Positions 57,024 to 57,071 of a stretch of DNA of 57,071 bases are shown piece by piece. The stretch lies in the IMG/VR virus record IMGVR_UViG_3300027963_000090, positions 1-57,071 of that record; one strand, written 5' to 3'. A program made the translations under genes and the position numbers. The stretch comes from a virus. Taxonomy: Duplodnaviria; Caudoviricetes. How positions within the stretch are numbered: position 1 is the first letter of the stretch; each line of letters begins with the position of its first letter. The notes beneath the pieces were generated by a model. It worked only from the letters and a program-made list of their open reading frames with translations, was not told where the DNA came from and ran no database searches.

Positions 57024-57029
57024 TACTTA
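57024..57029 (-). promoter_or_regulatory. late promoter core variant TAAGTA before the desaturase
   Basis: Minus strand TATAAGTA, 8 nt before the ATG at 57016. Confidence 0.5.
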
Positions 57030-57071
57030 TAATTTTTATCATTTATTTTTTGATGTTTTGATTGGTAATAA

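Noticed and set aside
1-57071. CRISPR array, tRNA, rRNA or structured ncRNA
   Set aside because: Intergenic gaps are at most about 120 nt and are occupied by promoter motifs; no repeat-spacer or cloverleaf pattern seen
57039-57071. 3' end of a further minus-strand gene (LLPIKTSKNK-stop)
   Set aside because: Only about 10 codons visible; cannot be supported

Overview
AT-rich (roughly one third GC by eye), densely coding segment of a large T4-like (myovirus/jumbo-type) bacteriophage genome, standard genetic code. From left to right: (1) a minus-strand gp55-like late sigma factor, gp47 and partial gp46 (Mre11/Rad50-type recombination nuclease) under host sigma70-type promoters; (2) a plus-strand baseplate/tail module (tube initiator, gp53/LysM, hub, gp5-like spike, gp25, gp6, a 4874-aa multidomain baseplate/adhesin protein, three paralogous tail fibres and another structural gene); (3) an approximately 23 kb enzyme island directly behind the fibres: four GT-A-fold glycosyltransferase-like genes, six radical SAM enzymes, six 2OG-Fe(II)/cupin oxygenase-like genes, a methyltransferase, an SGNH hydrolase, a QueC-like PP-loop ATPase, a degenerate kinase, an SDR, an amidinotransferase, a class III aminotransferase, a GNAT-like protein and a fatty acid desaturase. 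Every transcription unit of the island is headed by the same TAARTA late-promoter-like motif as the structural genes, suggesting a late-expressed tailoring pathway (virion or envelope glycan modification). An 18-bp palindrome recurs next to three of the late motifs, and three late genes look leaderless. No tRNA, rRNA, CRISPR array or mobile element was recognised. All product calls come from motif recognition by eye, not from database searches.
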